Below, piece by piece: positions 1-12,554 of a stretch of DNA of 64,000 nt. The translations under genes were made by a program, and so were the position numbers. Source of the stretch: Macrostomum lignano (lineage: Eukaryota); NCBI GenBank assembly GCA_002269645.1, contig NIVC01000487.1:124001-188000 (forward strand), in the 5' to 3' direction. The notes under the pieces are model-generated. The model did not search any database, was not told where the DNA came from, and worked only from the letters and a program-made list of their open reading frames with translations. Position 1 is the first letter of the stretch. The number at the start of each line of letters is the position of its first letter.

Positions 1-220
1 GTGAGGGGAGGAACAGATCCACTTGTTCCCAGTCCGCTGCGCCCGAAACTTCCAAAGCTCCCTCGTCTTCTGTCGTCTGATCTCCCCGAAAGGTTCGCGA
101 AGGGATGCAACTCGAAAAAGGGAAGAGAAGGTGACTCGACACCCATGATACCTTCCGGGCATCGCAGCCGGAGTTGAGGATGAGGAACTAAATGATTAGG
201 GCTGAAAAAATCGGATTTTG

Positions 221-386
221 CCAATAGGAGCCAAGCAGCCAATAGGAGACGGCCTGGGGCAGCCCAGGGGCCACGCGAGAGGGGCGGCGGCCACGGCTAG
301 AAAAGGAGGCGCCACGTGGCGGGCCTCGTGTCAGGCGCACTCTGTTTAGCACTCAGCAGGCAGTCAGAACGCAGGCCAAACACGCG
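221..386 (+). promoter_or_regulatory. Putative ASCL proximal promoter: CCAAT boxes, GC box, E-box and class-C sites
   Basis: CCAAT at 221 and 239; GGGGCGG at 281; palindrome CGCCACGTGGCG at 310-321; CACGCG at 272-277 and 381-386. All but the first CCAAT are mirrored upstream of copy 2. Confidence 0.5.
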
Positions 387-1268
387 ACCATGTCATCAAC
401 AGCTGACAGGCAGCACTTGCCGGTGCCCTCCTTCCTGCGACTGCAGCAGCTCCGGGCAGCAGGCGACGCCTCCGGGCCGACTCGGCAGCCGCTGGGTGAG
501 CGGTGCTCCAACCTGCCGCCTCGGCCGCCGCAGAAGCCGCCGGGCTCCGAGGCGGCCAAAGCCGCGGCCGCTGCCGCTTCAAACGCCGCCGCCAACACCG
601 CCGCCGCCGCACGTCCGGCCGCCTCGTCGATGCAGCGTCGCAACCAGCGCGAGCGGAACCGCGTCAAGCTGCTCAACCTCGGCTTCGAGCGGCTTCGCCA
701 GCTGGTGCCGAGCGATGACGGACAGAGGCTGAGCAAGATCGCCACCCTGCGGGCCGCCATCGCCTACATCCGCAGCCTGCAGGAGCTGCTGGACCAGGAC
801 GACTGCGGAGGCTGCGGCTGCGACGGCTGCGGCGCCTGCGGCGGCCCCGGCGACTCCTGGATGGCGGAGCAGCCGCGGCAGGAGGCCGACTCGGTGGCGA
901 CGCGGCCGGAGGGCCAAAACACCTTCAGCTTTTAATTGAGTGCTCTGCGCTTATTTGCGAAACTCTGCTTTTCGGTGCTCCAATGCTTTTTTTGCTGTTT
1001 TCTGCTTTCGCTTTCGTAGCATTTTTACCTGCGTTTTTTCGCTCCAAGTTTTTTTTCACGTGCCGCCTCTGTCAAGCGAGAACATCCAAGCCAAGCAGCT
1101 TCTCTTTCAGCGTCTTCCGCATCAGCGGGGCAACTCAGCAGCGCTTGGATTTTGTCGCTTTTCAGATCTTCTTTCTCAGCCTGCTTTTTTCAACTCAGCT
1201 TTTGCTGCTCGCTCAGATTTTCTGTTAGGAGTTTTTCTAGATAGGAACTTTTCTTTATTTTTTAGATT
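235..1268 (+). repeat. Left arm of ~1.04-kb inverted duplication (proximal promoter, ASCL CDS, ~330 bp of 3' flank)
   Basis: Reverse complement of 12555-13604. Homology starts at GCAGCCAATAGGAGACGG (235) and ends at TTTAGATT (1268). Confidence 0.92.
390..935 (+). CDS. ASCL: Achaete-scute family bHLH transcription factor, copy 1 (181 aa, single exon)
   Basis: The domain [25 protein letters not shown]...[22 protein letters not shown] matches the achaete-scute bHLH pattern (RRNxRERNRVKxVNxGF..LR..VP...K.SKVETLR.A..YI..LQ). ATG at 390, TAA at 933-935, GC-rich codons, Ala-rich linker. Confidence 0.93.
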   Translation: MSSTADRQHLPVPSFLRLQQLRAAGDASGPTRQPLGERCSNLPPRPPQKPPGSEAAKAAAAAASNAAANTAAAARPAASSMQRRNQRERNRVKLLNLGFERLRQLVPSDDGQRLSKIATLRAAIAYIRSLQELLDQDDCGGCGCDGCGACGGPGDSWMAEQPRQEADSVATRPEGQNTFSF

Positions 1269-1774
1269 TCTCATATAGACTTTACAATTTCATAGACTTT
1301 TAGGATTTTTCTTGTGTTTTATCTCCAGAGCTCAAATTCTTGCTGTGCGGCACGTGTCCCTATTTATTGATATCGGTGTCCGAGGCTCCCACCTTCCCTC
1401 TGTTTCTGTCGCCTGTCGATTTTTTTCACACTTTCTAAATTGAATTCTTCTTTGTAAATGACTCCCTCCGTTTCGCTTGATGCTTTTGACCTAATTAAAT
1501 TTTTGCTCATATTTCAATGCTATCATAGTTCGTATATGTAATCAGCTATTAAAATTGACGTAACTAAATAAATCTAATCTCTGGATTTTGTACTTTTATG
1601 TAGCTCGTATTTAAAGCAAAAAACAGACCTTTGAGTTTGAGTTTGTTTGCTACTTAATTTCTTATGACTAACTAAAAGTATTCATTCGTAATTGTTGGAG
1701 TGCAAGTGCCTGGCCTTGTCAGTTCAAGCTAGTGCAAATTGAATGTCCAAAATGTCAGGGACTGGGGTTATCCC

Positions 1775-2690
1775 AATCTGTATTCTCACACCTGAGATTG
1801 TAGCTCGTACCTTTGTTATACTCATTTCGATGTCTGAATTTCAAAACGCGAAACGCATGGAACACCTTGAGATTAATCGCTTTCCGCAATCTCATTCTCG
1901 AATCACACCTGAGATTATCTCCATTCAGGATTCTCACACCTGAGATTATCTCCATTCATGATTCTCACACCTGAGATTATCTCCATTCAGGATTCTCACA
2001 CCTGAGATTATCTCCATTCAGGATTCTCACACATGAGATTATCTCCATTCAGGATTCTCAAACCTGAGATTATCTCCATTCAGGATTCTCAAACCTGAGA
2101 TTATCTCCATTCAGGATTCTCACACAATACGCATCCCGAGATTGTATCTATTTTATCTATTTAGCTTCTCACACCATGAGATTATCCCTACTCAGATTCG
2201 CACGCCTTGAGATTATCCCCGATTCTGATTCTTGCTGTCTGAGATTATCTCAAATTCAGATTCTTGCTCTCTGAGATTATCTCAAATTCAATATCATTCT
2301 CTGAGATTATCCCGAATTCAATATCATGCTCTCTGAGATTATCTCAAATTCAATATCATGCTCTCTGAGATTATCTCAAATTCAATATCATGCTCTCTGA
2401 GATTATCCCGAATTCAATATCATGCTCTCTGAGATTATCCCGAATTCAATATCATGCTCTCTGAGATTATCCCGAATTCAATATCATGCTCTCTGAGATT
2501 ATCCAAAACTCAGATTCTCACGCATTGAGATAATCTCTATTTAGATTCTTGCTCTCTGAGATTATCCCAAACTCAGATTCTTGTTCTCATAGGATCATCT
2601 CAAATTCAGATTTTCGGTCTCTAAGATTATCCCTATTTAGATTCTCCGCCCCTGTAATATTTTCCCATTTAGATTGTCGCTCCCTGGACA
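1775..2690. repeat. Minisatellite, 31-bp unit (CACACCTGAGATTATCTCCATTCAGGATTCT) grading into a 32-bp variant
   Basis: Period 31 at 1904/1935 and period 32 at 2341/2373; shared TGAGATTAT core. Confidence 0.9.
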
Positions 2691-3319
2691 ATGAAGAAAT
2701 GGAATAAAAAGCTATAAACTTAATTTATGCCTCGAGACTCAACTGGCCCAGAGTTCACTGTGACATTAAGGCATCTAAAATTCAATTCACGCTCGGCATG
2801 CTGAAGTGAGGCAGCTGAGGCCATATCGGTCGAATTCCGATCAAAAACATTTTCATCCAATCTTCCCATTCTTCCTTTCAGATTTCGGGGCCGCTCTCTG
2901 CAGAGCCCCCGCAATCTGTCAACGTGGAAAAACTTCCAACTTATAGTTCTAAGTGACGAAAATTGGGAAATTATGAGCCAGACTTGGACTGACTGAGGAT
3001 AAATATCCCAATAAATATATAGTGTCTTTGTTTTTTATATCCCAATCGATACCTCTTATCCCACCCTCCCGGGGAGCCGCAAATATTTGCAGTAGTGGCG
3101 CATCCGGCTCCGATTCCGCCCACACATCTGTCGCGTGGATTCCGGTCTGGGCAATTATGAAAATCATCAGTTAGTTGATAATTTATTATCCCACTCAGCA
3201 TCATCTGGGACCGGACAAGGCCAGGGAGACTTGGCAGTGAAACTCCCTCACCCAGGTGGCCAGGCCAGTTGGATTCCAAGAAATAGCTTGCCAAGAATGA
3301 GCACAAACTCAGTGTTTAT

Positions 3320-3983
3320 GCGATGCGATGGGATAAGATGAGAGAGCAGAAACATAAGAAGATAGGAGAGAAGATAGGAGAGAGAAGATGAGAGGGTAGC
3401 GGGAGAAGAGAAAAGAGGGACAGAGCAGAGAAGATAAGAGAGGGGAGAGACGAAAGAAGAGAGAAGAGAGGAGATAGGAGAGAAGAGAGCCGAGGGAAGA
3501 ATGGAGAGAAGAGAACCGAGGGAGAGTGGAGAGAAGAGAGGAGAGGGGAGAGAAAAGAGAATGGAGAGTGGAGAGAAGAGAACCGAGGGAGAGTGGAGAA
3601 GAGAGTGGAGAGAAGAGAGAAGAAGGGAGAGTGGAGAGAAGAGAGAAGAAGGGAGACTGGAGACTGGAGAGAAGAGAACCGAGGGGAGAGAGGAGAGAAG
3701 AGAGAAGAAAGGGAGAGAGAAGATGGGAGAGAGAAGATGGGAGAGAAGATGGGAGAGAGAAGATGGGAGAGAGAAGATGGGAGAGAGAAGATGGGACAGA
3801 GAAGATGGGAGAGAGAAGATGGGAGAGAGAAGATGGGAGAGAGAAGATGGGAGAGAGAAGATGGGAGAGAGAAGATGGGAGAGAGAAGATGAGAGAGCTG
3901 AGAAGAGACGCAAACCTTGAACGGTTGTGATTGCTATTGTGAAGTTTCAAGGGACCCGAGGGCTGGAGTATGTCGAACCCCAG
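3320..3983 (-). mobile_element. hAT/Charlie-like non-autonomous element head plus expanded CT/AG tract
   Basis: On the minus strand CTGGGGTTCGACATACTCCAGCCCTCGGGTCCCTTGAAACTTCACAAT is homologous to the heads at 38107 and 61807. It is followed by a ~580-bp pyrimidine tract with a GAGAGAAGATGG-type unit. Confidence 0.55.
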
Positions 3984-4536
3984 GGCCGCCAGCCTAATGC
4001 TCAGCCGCACACGGAGCCGGTCGGCCCTACTGAAATTTCACACTGATTCGTCCCGTTCCTTTAAAAAAAGCATCATAGTCCAATTATTAATTTTTTCATA
4101 CGCAAGCGAGCGAGCCTCGATACCCTGTAATTTTTGGCAAACAGCTCTCGCCATCCCGGGGGGGGGGATGTTGGAAATTCAATAACCAGCGCGGGAGCTG
4201 TTTTGGAACTTTTTTTCCAAACCAGTGACCGCCTGTTGCTCTGCGCCCCCCCCCCTGCGTAATGGCGGTTTGCGTGCCGGTTCGGCGCCAACAAAAACTC
4301 CCCCGAGTCCCCGCAAACTTGGGATTGGGGGTGGGGTGGAGGAAAATTAATTTTTAATTTAATTGCCATGCAAGCTAAAAAACAGGGCCCCGCCAGTTCC
4401 GCATTTCACTTCCGCACCGTCTGATCGAATCAGCGAATTCAAGCAGAGAGACCATCGATGAGGCCGATCTCCAGCCCAGGATAGCTATAGACATGGACTG
4501 CTAAACATACTTTGACTGGAAGGCCAAAGTCCTACA

Positions 4537-4939
4537 GCGGGGGCATCATAAACCCGAAATATCACAAACCCGAAATATCACAAACCCGAAATATCACAAA
4601 CCCGAAATATCACAAACCCGAAATATCACAAACCCTAAATATCACAAACCCGAAATATCACAAACCCGAAATATCACAAACCCGAAATATCACAAACCCG
4701 AAATATCACAAACCCGAAATATCACAAACCCTAAATATCACAAACCCGAAATATCACAAACCCGAAATATCACAAACCCGAAATATCACAAACCCGAAAT
4801 ATCATATCTCCGAAAGTTCTAGCAATGTCCAACACTATTTTGGTTTTCGGAGTTATGATATTTCGGGTTTATGATATTTCGGGTTTACGATGGGAAGTGC
4901 TTTCGGAGTTGTGATTTTTCGGGTTTGTGATGGCGACCC
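4537..4939. mobile_element. Foldback/MITE-like element with 16-bp subrepeats (AACCCGAAATATCACA)
   Basis: About 16 direct copies at 4547-4806, then inverted copies at 4850-4931. The right terminus reads GGGTCGCCATCACAAACCCGAAAA (reverse complement), 18/24 identical to the terminus of 41673-42052. Confidence 0.65.
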
Positions 4940-5629
4940 TCCTCCAGTTCGTGCGGCAGGGAAACTGGCCGCCGAGATGCAGACAGTGTACACTGACGGA
5001 CGATACGAAAGTCAGAGCCGCTGTCCCCAACCAGTCCAAAATGCTTCTCAGTGGTCCATGGCTGTGGCGCATTACCAGCCATATTTGTGTTGCTACGCCA
5101 GCGTTTCCGCCAAAATGCCAGTTGGAGTTGGGGAAGGGGGGCGCACTTCCTTACCTTACTGGGCCGGAAATGTCATGCGGCCCCAACCCGTGTCTGCATC
5201 GAAAATTTCCCCGTTCAAATCAGTTATCTTTTGTTGCCGTGGGGTTGTGGGGAGTCCATGAAAGATGAAAAAAATATCGGTTCTCGAATAACAGAAGTCG
5301 CGATTATTTTTTCTCTTATCAGTGCTGCCTCCTTGATCTTGAGTCGGCGGCTGGGTGGGCATGAGATCCCGACTTTGTCATTGATCCTTGTTTTCTTTCA
5401 AATTGGAAAAACTGCTGGTAAAGTGAGAGTGCAGGGCGAGTGCTGCTCTTGCTCGCTTGTCATGCGGGTACCAGCGGTTTTTTTAACTATTAAGAGGAAA
5501 ACAATCTATCTACTGATCTTCTTATAGCTGCCATTTGATAAATTATTTGCTGCTTTTGCTAGTTTTTGAGGTGAATGCTTTTCAACTAAACTGTGGGAGT
5601 CATCACATGAAATCATATGAGTCACGGGG

Positions 5630-6820
5630 ATCATGGAGGTCACTGGGGATCATGAAAGTCATCACCTGAGATCATGAAAGTCATCACCTGAGATCATGAA
5701 AGTCATCACCTGAGATCATGAAAGTCATCACCTGAGATCATGAAAGTCATCACCTAAAATCATGTGAGTAACAACCTGAGATCATTGGAGTCACCACCTG
5801 AGATCATGGGAGTCACCACCTGAGATCATGGGAGTCACCACCTGAGATCATGGGAGTCACCACCTGAGATCATGGGAGTCACCACCTGAGATCATGGGAG
5901 TCATCACCTGAGTTCATGAGAGTCAACTGGGATCATGGGAGTCATCACCTGAGTTCATGAGAGTCAACTGGGATCATGGGAGTCATCACCTGAGTTCATG
6001 AGAGTCAACTGGGATCATGGGAGTCATCACCTGAGTTCATGAGAGTCAACTGGGATCATGGGAGTCATCACCTGAGTTCATGAGAGTCAACTGGGATCAT
6101 GGGAGTCATCACCTGAGTTCATGAGAGTCAACTGGGATCATGGGAGTCATCACCTGAGTTCATGAGAGTCAACTGGGATCATGGGAGTCATTGAGGATCA
6201 TGGGAGTCATCACCTGAGTTCATGAGAGTCAACTGGGATCATGGGAGTCATCACCTGAGTTCATGAGAGTAAACTGGGATCATGGGAGTCATCACCTGAG
6301 TTCATGAGAGTCAACTGGGATCATGGGAGTCATTGAGGATCATGGGAGTCATCACCTGAGTTCATGAGAGTCAACTGGGATCATGGGAGTCATCACCTGA
6401 GTTCATGAGAGTAAACTGGGATCATGGGAGTCATTGAGGATCATGGGAGTCATCACCTGAGTTCATGAAAGTCAACTGGGATCATGGGAGTCATTGAGGA
6501 TCATGGGAGTCATCACCTGAGTTTATGAGAGTCAACTGGGATCATGGGAGTCATTGAGGATCATGGGAGTCATCACCTGAGTTTATGAGAGTCAACTGGG
6601 ATCATGGGAGTCATCACCTGAGTTCATGAGAGTCAACTGGGATCATGTGAGTCATTGAGGATCATGGGAGTCATCACCTGAGTTTATGAGAGTCAACTGG
6701 GATCATGGGAGTCATTGAGGATCATGGGAGTCATCACCTGAGTTCATGAGAGTCAACTGGGATCATGGGAGTCATCACCTGAGTTCATGAGAGTCAACTG
6801 GGATCATGGGAGTCATTGGG
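5630..6820. repeat. Minisatellite, 22-bp unit evolving into a 41-bp (22+19) composite
   Basis: GAGATCATGAAAGTCATCACCT repeats, then GGGATCATGGGAGTCATCACCTGAGTTCATGAGAGTCAACT repeats. Confidence 0.92.
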
Positions 6821-7604
6821 GATTTTTCAAATCGGACCCATGGGTGCTTAATAAGCGGGAATTGCATGATGTTATATATGGATATATTACGCCCCTAAAA
6901 TGCTATTTTCATTGTAAAGCTGCATCTACATGAAGCTATTTAATCTCATCCCAGCTTATACCGCTCCCACCATTAAGCATAGAAGTTAGTCTTGTTCGAC
7001 TGCAGTCTTTTAATTATGCCTCTAAGTCATAAAGAATACATTTATTGCTCTCTGAGAGATACCTGGACTTGAAATGAGCAATATAAATATGAGAGAAGCA
7101 TCAGCAAGTTTATTGAGAGCTTATAGCTTTACGACAGCAGACCAATAGACTGGAACAATTAGAAAGAACCGCAATTTGCCTCAAAGGGGAATTATGGAGC
7201 ACAGCTGAACAAAGATTCCCCAATTTCTCTGCAGACCCAGTGCCCCCCCCCCCCTAACACTCACGGACGCAAACAAGTTCCTTAGGCTCTGGCAAACAAA
7301 AATTTGAACTGAACTCGAACTGCGGAGCAATAAAAACTCAGAATAATCATCACCATCAGGCAACCCCCCCCTGTTCACTTTCTCAGACACTTCAGCCTCA
7401 GAGTTGCCAAATATTTGCTGTGACTGTTGTCTGTTCCCTGTTCTCACGAACCCGTGACAGCCTCTCGCACTCTGGCTTCATCACCATTGCAGGGCCATAC
7501 AGTGTCCCTATTTTGGTTTTATGGGGAATATTTCTAATATCTTCATCTACACATTTTTCATTCAATTCGAGTCCCCAATTGGAATCTCATGAAGTATAAC
7601 TCAT

Positions 7605-8795
7605 CGAGAATCTCACCCTTACTGAATCTTCCCAATCGAGAATCTCATCCTTACTGAATCTTCCCAATCGAGAATCTCATCCTTACTGAATCTTCCCAAT
7701 CGAGAATCTCACCCCTACTGAATCTTCCCAATCGAGAATCTCATCCTTACTGAATCTTCCCAATCGAGAATCTCACCCCTACTGAATCTTCCCAATCGAG
7801 AATCTCACCCCTACTGAATCTTCCCAATCGAGAATCTCACCCCTACTGAATCTTCCCAATCGAGAATCTCATCCTTACTGAATCTTCCCAATCGAGAATC
7901 TCACCCCTACTGAATCATCCCAATCGAGAATCTCACCCCTACTGAATCATCCCAATCGAGAATCTCACCCCTACTGAATCATCCCAATCGAGAATCTCAT
8001 CCTTACTGAATCATCCCAATCGAGAATCTCATCCTTACTGAATCTTCCCAATCGAGAATCTCATCCTTACTGAATCATCCCAATCGAGAATCTCACCCCT
8101 ACTGAATCATCCCAATCGAGAATCTCACCCCTACTGAATCATCCCAATCGAGAATCTCACCCCTACTGAATCATCCCAATCGAGAATCTCACCCCTACTG
8201 AATCATCCCAATCGAGAATCTCACCCCTACTGAATCATCCCAATCGAGAATCTCACCCCTACTGAATCATCCCAATCGAGAATCTCACCCCTACTGAATC
8301 ATCCCAATCGAGAATCTCACCCCTACTGAATCATCCCAATCGAGAATCTCATCCTTACTGAATCATCCCAATCGAGAATCTCACCCCTACTGAATCATCC
8401 CAATCGAGAATCTCACCCCTACTGAATCTTCCCAATCGAGAATCTCATCCTTACTGAATCATCCCAATTGAGAATCTCACCCCTACTGAATCTTCCCAAT
8501 CGAGAATCTCACCCTTACTGAACCTTCCCAATCGAGAATCTCACCCCTACTGAATCTTCCCAATCGAGAATCTCACCCCTACTGAATCTTCCCAATCGAG
8601 AATCTCACCCCTACCGAATCTTCCCAATCGAGAATCTCACCCCTACTGAATCTTCCCAATAGAGAACCTCATCCTACTGAATCTTCCCAATAGAGAACCT
8701 CATCCTACTGAATCTTCCCAATAGAGAACCTCATCCTACTGAATCTTCCCAATAGAGAACCTCATCCTACTGAATGTTCCCAATCGAGAATCTCA
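7605..8795. repeat. Minisatellite, 32-bp unit GAGAATCTCACCCCTACTGAATC(T/A)TCCCAATC
   Basis: Period 32 (7621/7653), about 37 copies. Confidence 0.95.
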
Positions 8796-9867
8796 CCCCA
8801 GTAAATATCCCCTTTAAAAACCCTATCTCGGGTTACCAATCGAACTGAGTTCCAACTTGCCATCCGTCCGTCCGCAGCTTCCGCAGGCTCTTCATCTCAA
8901 ACAGCGATCAGCTTCTCAAAACTGTCTATTACAGATAGAAATCTGGAGAGCGCAGCAGGAACTGCATTGGAGCAGCGTGGAAAAATCTGCATATTTGATG
9001 GCAGATTAGAAAGATTAAACTTGCTGTCAACGCTCTCCGCGGGGTGGGAGCTAAAAATGGGAAAAGTGGTCGAAAAAAATCCCAGACAGGCACAGAATGA
9101 GTAGCTCACAAGTTTGCCCATCAAGCAGGCTTAGAATGTTGCTGCTCAGTTTTTCCTCTTATCAGGACAACGGGGGGTCCACCCCCCTAGGGAGGGTCCG
9201 ATGCCCCTCTCCGCCCAGTGGGAGCTTTTATTATCTTCCCGCCGGCCCTGAAATCCTCAAGGGGGGGGGGAGTAAAAAATCCCATCGATAAATGAATGGG
9301 ATTCAGCCTTCGACACGCAACATTGAGGCTTTTTTCATAACCAACCTCGAAGCTTTTTCATGCCGAGCAAAAGTTCTGAATGCTGAGTAGCCTAATAATA
9401 ATGATAATCATTCGACCCTTGACTGAGAAGTGCCGCCCCAGTTTTAGCTGACAGAAAAAAAGACGTGGAGTTCTTGAACGCCACTCGAGACAGACAGACA
9501 GGCAGGCAGGGGGCCCGTGGGTGTGGCTGTAATTGGCTAAATGGGAGAAAAAAATCGCATTTTTTTGCTTATAATATAATTTGACAACAGACAAAACTAT
9601 CACTTCCGTTATCTGTGAGACTGTGTTTTTCCAGGGAATATGAGTGTATACAATATGATTATGTATGCATGAATAAAGAAGGAAAATGAAAGTAGCCATG
9701 ATGCGATACCCCCACGGACACGTGCTGTGCCACGTGCGCTCAGGTGTCACCCCGTCCGGTTAGGCCAAGAAGTTTTGATTTTGAGTTTTAATTGCTCGTC
9801 ATTAGCAGCTGATGCTGTATCAGACTGAGTAGCTCTGGTTAAAGCACATCTTGGGGTAGCGCCATAC

Positions 9868-10728
9868 ATACTGAAAGATAGAACGGGGAAGCGCCCTTCA
9901 TTCTGAAGGGTAGAACGGGATAGCGCCCTTCGTACTGAAGGATAGAACGGGATAGCGCCCTTCATTCTGAAGGATAGAACGGGATAGCACCATGCGTACT
10001 GAAGGATAGAACGGGATAGTGCCCTTCGTTCTGAAGGGTAGAACGGGATAGCGCCCTTCATTCTGAAGGATAGAACGGGATAGCGCCATGCGTACTGAAG
10101 GATAGAACGGGATAGCGCCCTTCGTACTGAAGGGTAGAACGGGATAGCGCCCTTCGTACTGAAGGGTAGAACGGGATAGCGCCCTTCGTACTGAAGGGTA
10201 GAACGGGATAGCGCCCTTCGTACTGAAGGGTAGAACGGGATAGCGCCCTTCGTACTGAAGGATAGAACGGGGTAGCGCCCTTCATTCTGAAGGATAGAAC
10301 AGGATAGCACCCTTCATACTGAAGGATAGAACGGGATAGCGCCCTTCATTCTGAAGGATAGAACAGGATAGCACCCTTCATACTGAAGGATAGAACGGGA
10401 TAGCGCCCTTCATTCTGAAGGATAGAACGGGATAGCGCCCTTCGTACTGATGGATAGAACGGGATAGCGCCCTTCATTCTGAAGGGTAGAACGGGATAGC
10501 GCCCTTCGTACTGATGGATAGAACGGGATAGCGCCCTTCGTACTGATGGATAGAACGGGATAGCGCCCTTCATTCTGAAGGATAGAACGGGATAGCGCCC
10601 TTCATTCTGAAGGATAGAACAGGATAGCGCCCTTCGTACTGAAAGATAGAACGGGATAGCGCCCTTCATTCTGAAGGATAGAACGGGATAGCGCCATACG
10701 TACTGAAGGATAGAACGGGATAGCGCCA
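9868..10728. repeat. Minisatellite, 32-bp unit CTGAAGGATAGAACGGGATAGCGCCCTTC(ATT/GTA)
   Basis: About 27 tandem copies, no spacers. Confidence 0.95.
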
Positions 10729-11204
10729 CCAACTCAAAGCATGTACTTCTTTAGGATGCTCCTATGATGAGCTCCCAGGATGTGGCTCGACATAGACCGC
10801 TATCAATCCCCTAAGATAGTTGAGTTCGTAAACTCATAATTTGTATTTTAGGTGATAAATTGCACCGACAGAAGGGGGTGGGGACCGGTGACACCTGATC
10901 AGTCAGTTATGGGGTGGGGAGGGGCAGAGACAGACGGACAGACAAGACAGACAGTGAATTGCTCCGGGGCAAGATGAACGATTTGAAACTGTTTTGAAGC
11001 CTGAGTGAGCTTTCGCGCGTGTGCATGGAAAATCCCTTTTGTGCCTGTGCAACTTGGACCATAGACTGACTATGCGCCCTCCGGGGTTTGGCCTAGAGAG
11101 CAGGTTGATTGCGCAAATAAGCTTAAAAACGCGCCATCATCAATAGCTTTCAACGTTACGGGAAAGTTTAGTCTATAATGTGCTACATTTTATGTCTACA
11201 ACGC

Positions 11205-12030
11205 CCTATTTGATGTCTATAAGGAAGCATATTTGATGTCTAGAAGACGCCATATTTGATGTCTAGAAGACGCCATATTTGATGTCTATAAGGCGCCATA
11301 ACTGATTTCTATAGGGCGCCATAACTGATGTCTATAAGGCGCCATAATTTATGTCTATAAGACGCCATATTTGATGTCTATAAGGCACCATAATTGATGT
11401 CTATAAGACGCCATATTTGATGTCTATAAGGCGCCATAACTGATGTCTATAAGACGCCATATTTGATGTCTATAAGGCACCATAACTGATGTCTATAAGG
11501 CGCCATAACTGATGTCTATAAGACGCCATATTTGATGTCTATAAGGCACCATAACTGATGTCTATAGGGCGCCATAATTGATGTCTTTAAGACGCCATAT
11601 TTGATGTCTATAAGGCGCCATAACTGATGTCTATAAGACGCCATATTTGATGTCTATAAGGCACCATAACTGATTTCTATAGGGCGCCATAACTGATGTC
11701 TATAAGACGCCATAATTGATGTCTATAAGACGCCATATTTGATGTCTATAAGGCGCCATAACTGATGTCTATAAGGCGCCATAATTGATGTCTATAAGAC
11801 GCCATATTTGATCTCTATAAGGCGCTATAATTGATCTCTATAAGGCGCTATAATTGATGTCTATAAGGCGCCATAATTGATGTCTATAAGGCGCCATAAT
11901 TGATGTCTATAAGGCGCCATAATTGATGTCTATAAGACGCCATATTTGATGTCTATAAGGCGCCATAATTGATGTTTATAAGGCGCTATAATTGATCTCC
12001 ATAAGGCGCCATAACCGACGTCTATAAGGC
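11205..12030. repeat. Minisatellite, 23-bp unit TGATGTCTATAAGGCGCCATAAT
   Basis: About 35 tandem copies with alternating variants. Confidence 0.95.
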
Positions 12031-12554
12031 ACTTTAGCTGAAAATTATCAGATAGATGTCAATTTAAAAAAAAATTCTTGAACTCATGCTCAAAGCTATC
12101 TTAATCACGCCCAGGCCACGTGTCCCTGCTGGCGCCATCTTCGATAACACGTGCGCACCGTTCTAAACATCCTTCCCTACGATCCAGCCATCGACTTCTC
12201 AATATTTATCGGTTTAGTTTTTAGCAAATAAAGTTAAATTCAACAGGGCTTAACTTTGTACTAACTTGAAATTTAATTTGAAGTATAGAATGAAGCTACG
12301 GGGATGCATATATTTAGTTATTATTTACACAATAATTGCTCAACAAAGCAAAAAACATATAAGATTCAAATGAAATTGAAATCGAAACTGACTGTCGAAT
12401 TGAATAAAAATTATAAAAAAACAGCAATAAAACATTGGATACAAAGAGCAAACAAGAAAACTGACAAAAGTTCAAATGAAAGTGCCGCAACAAAACTCAA
12501 GACAATATAAAATACAAAGGCCTATATCTAAACAAAAAATGTCTACACACAATT

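Noticed and set aside
316-917. Alternative-frame and antisense ORFs over both ASCL genes and over 49703-50659
   Set aside because: Shadow ORFs of GC-rich coding sequence.
4927-5268. Possible retroelement pol fragment (LLQFVRQGNWP; VYTDG in another frame)
   Set aside because: Only two short words in different frames, with no RT or integrase motifs or LTRs.
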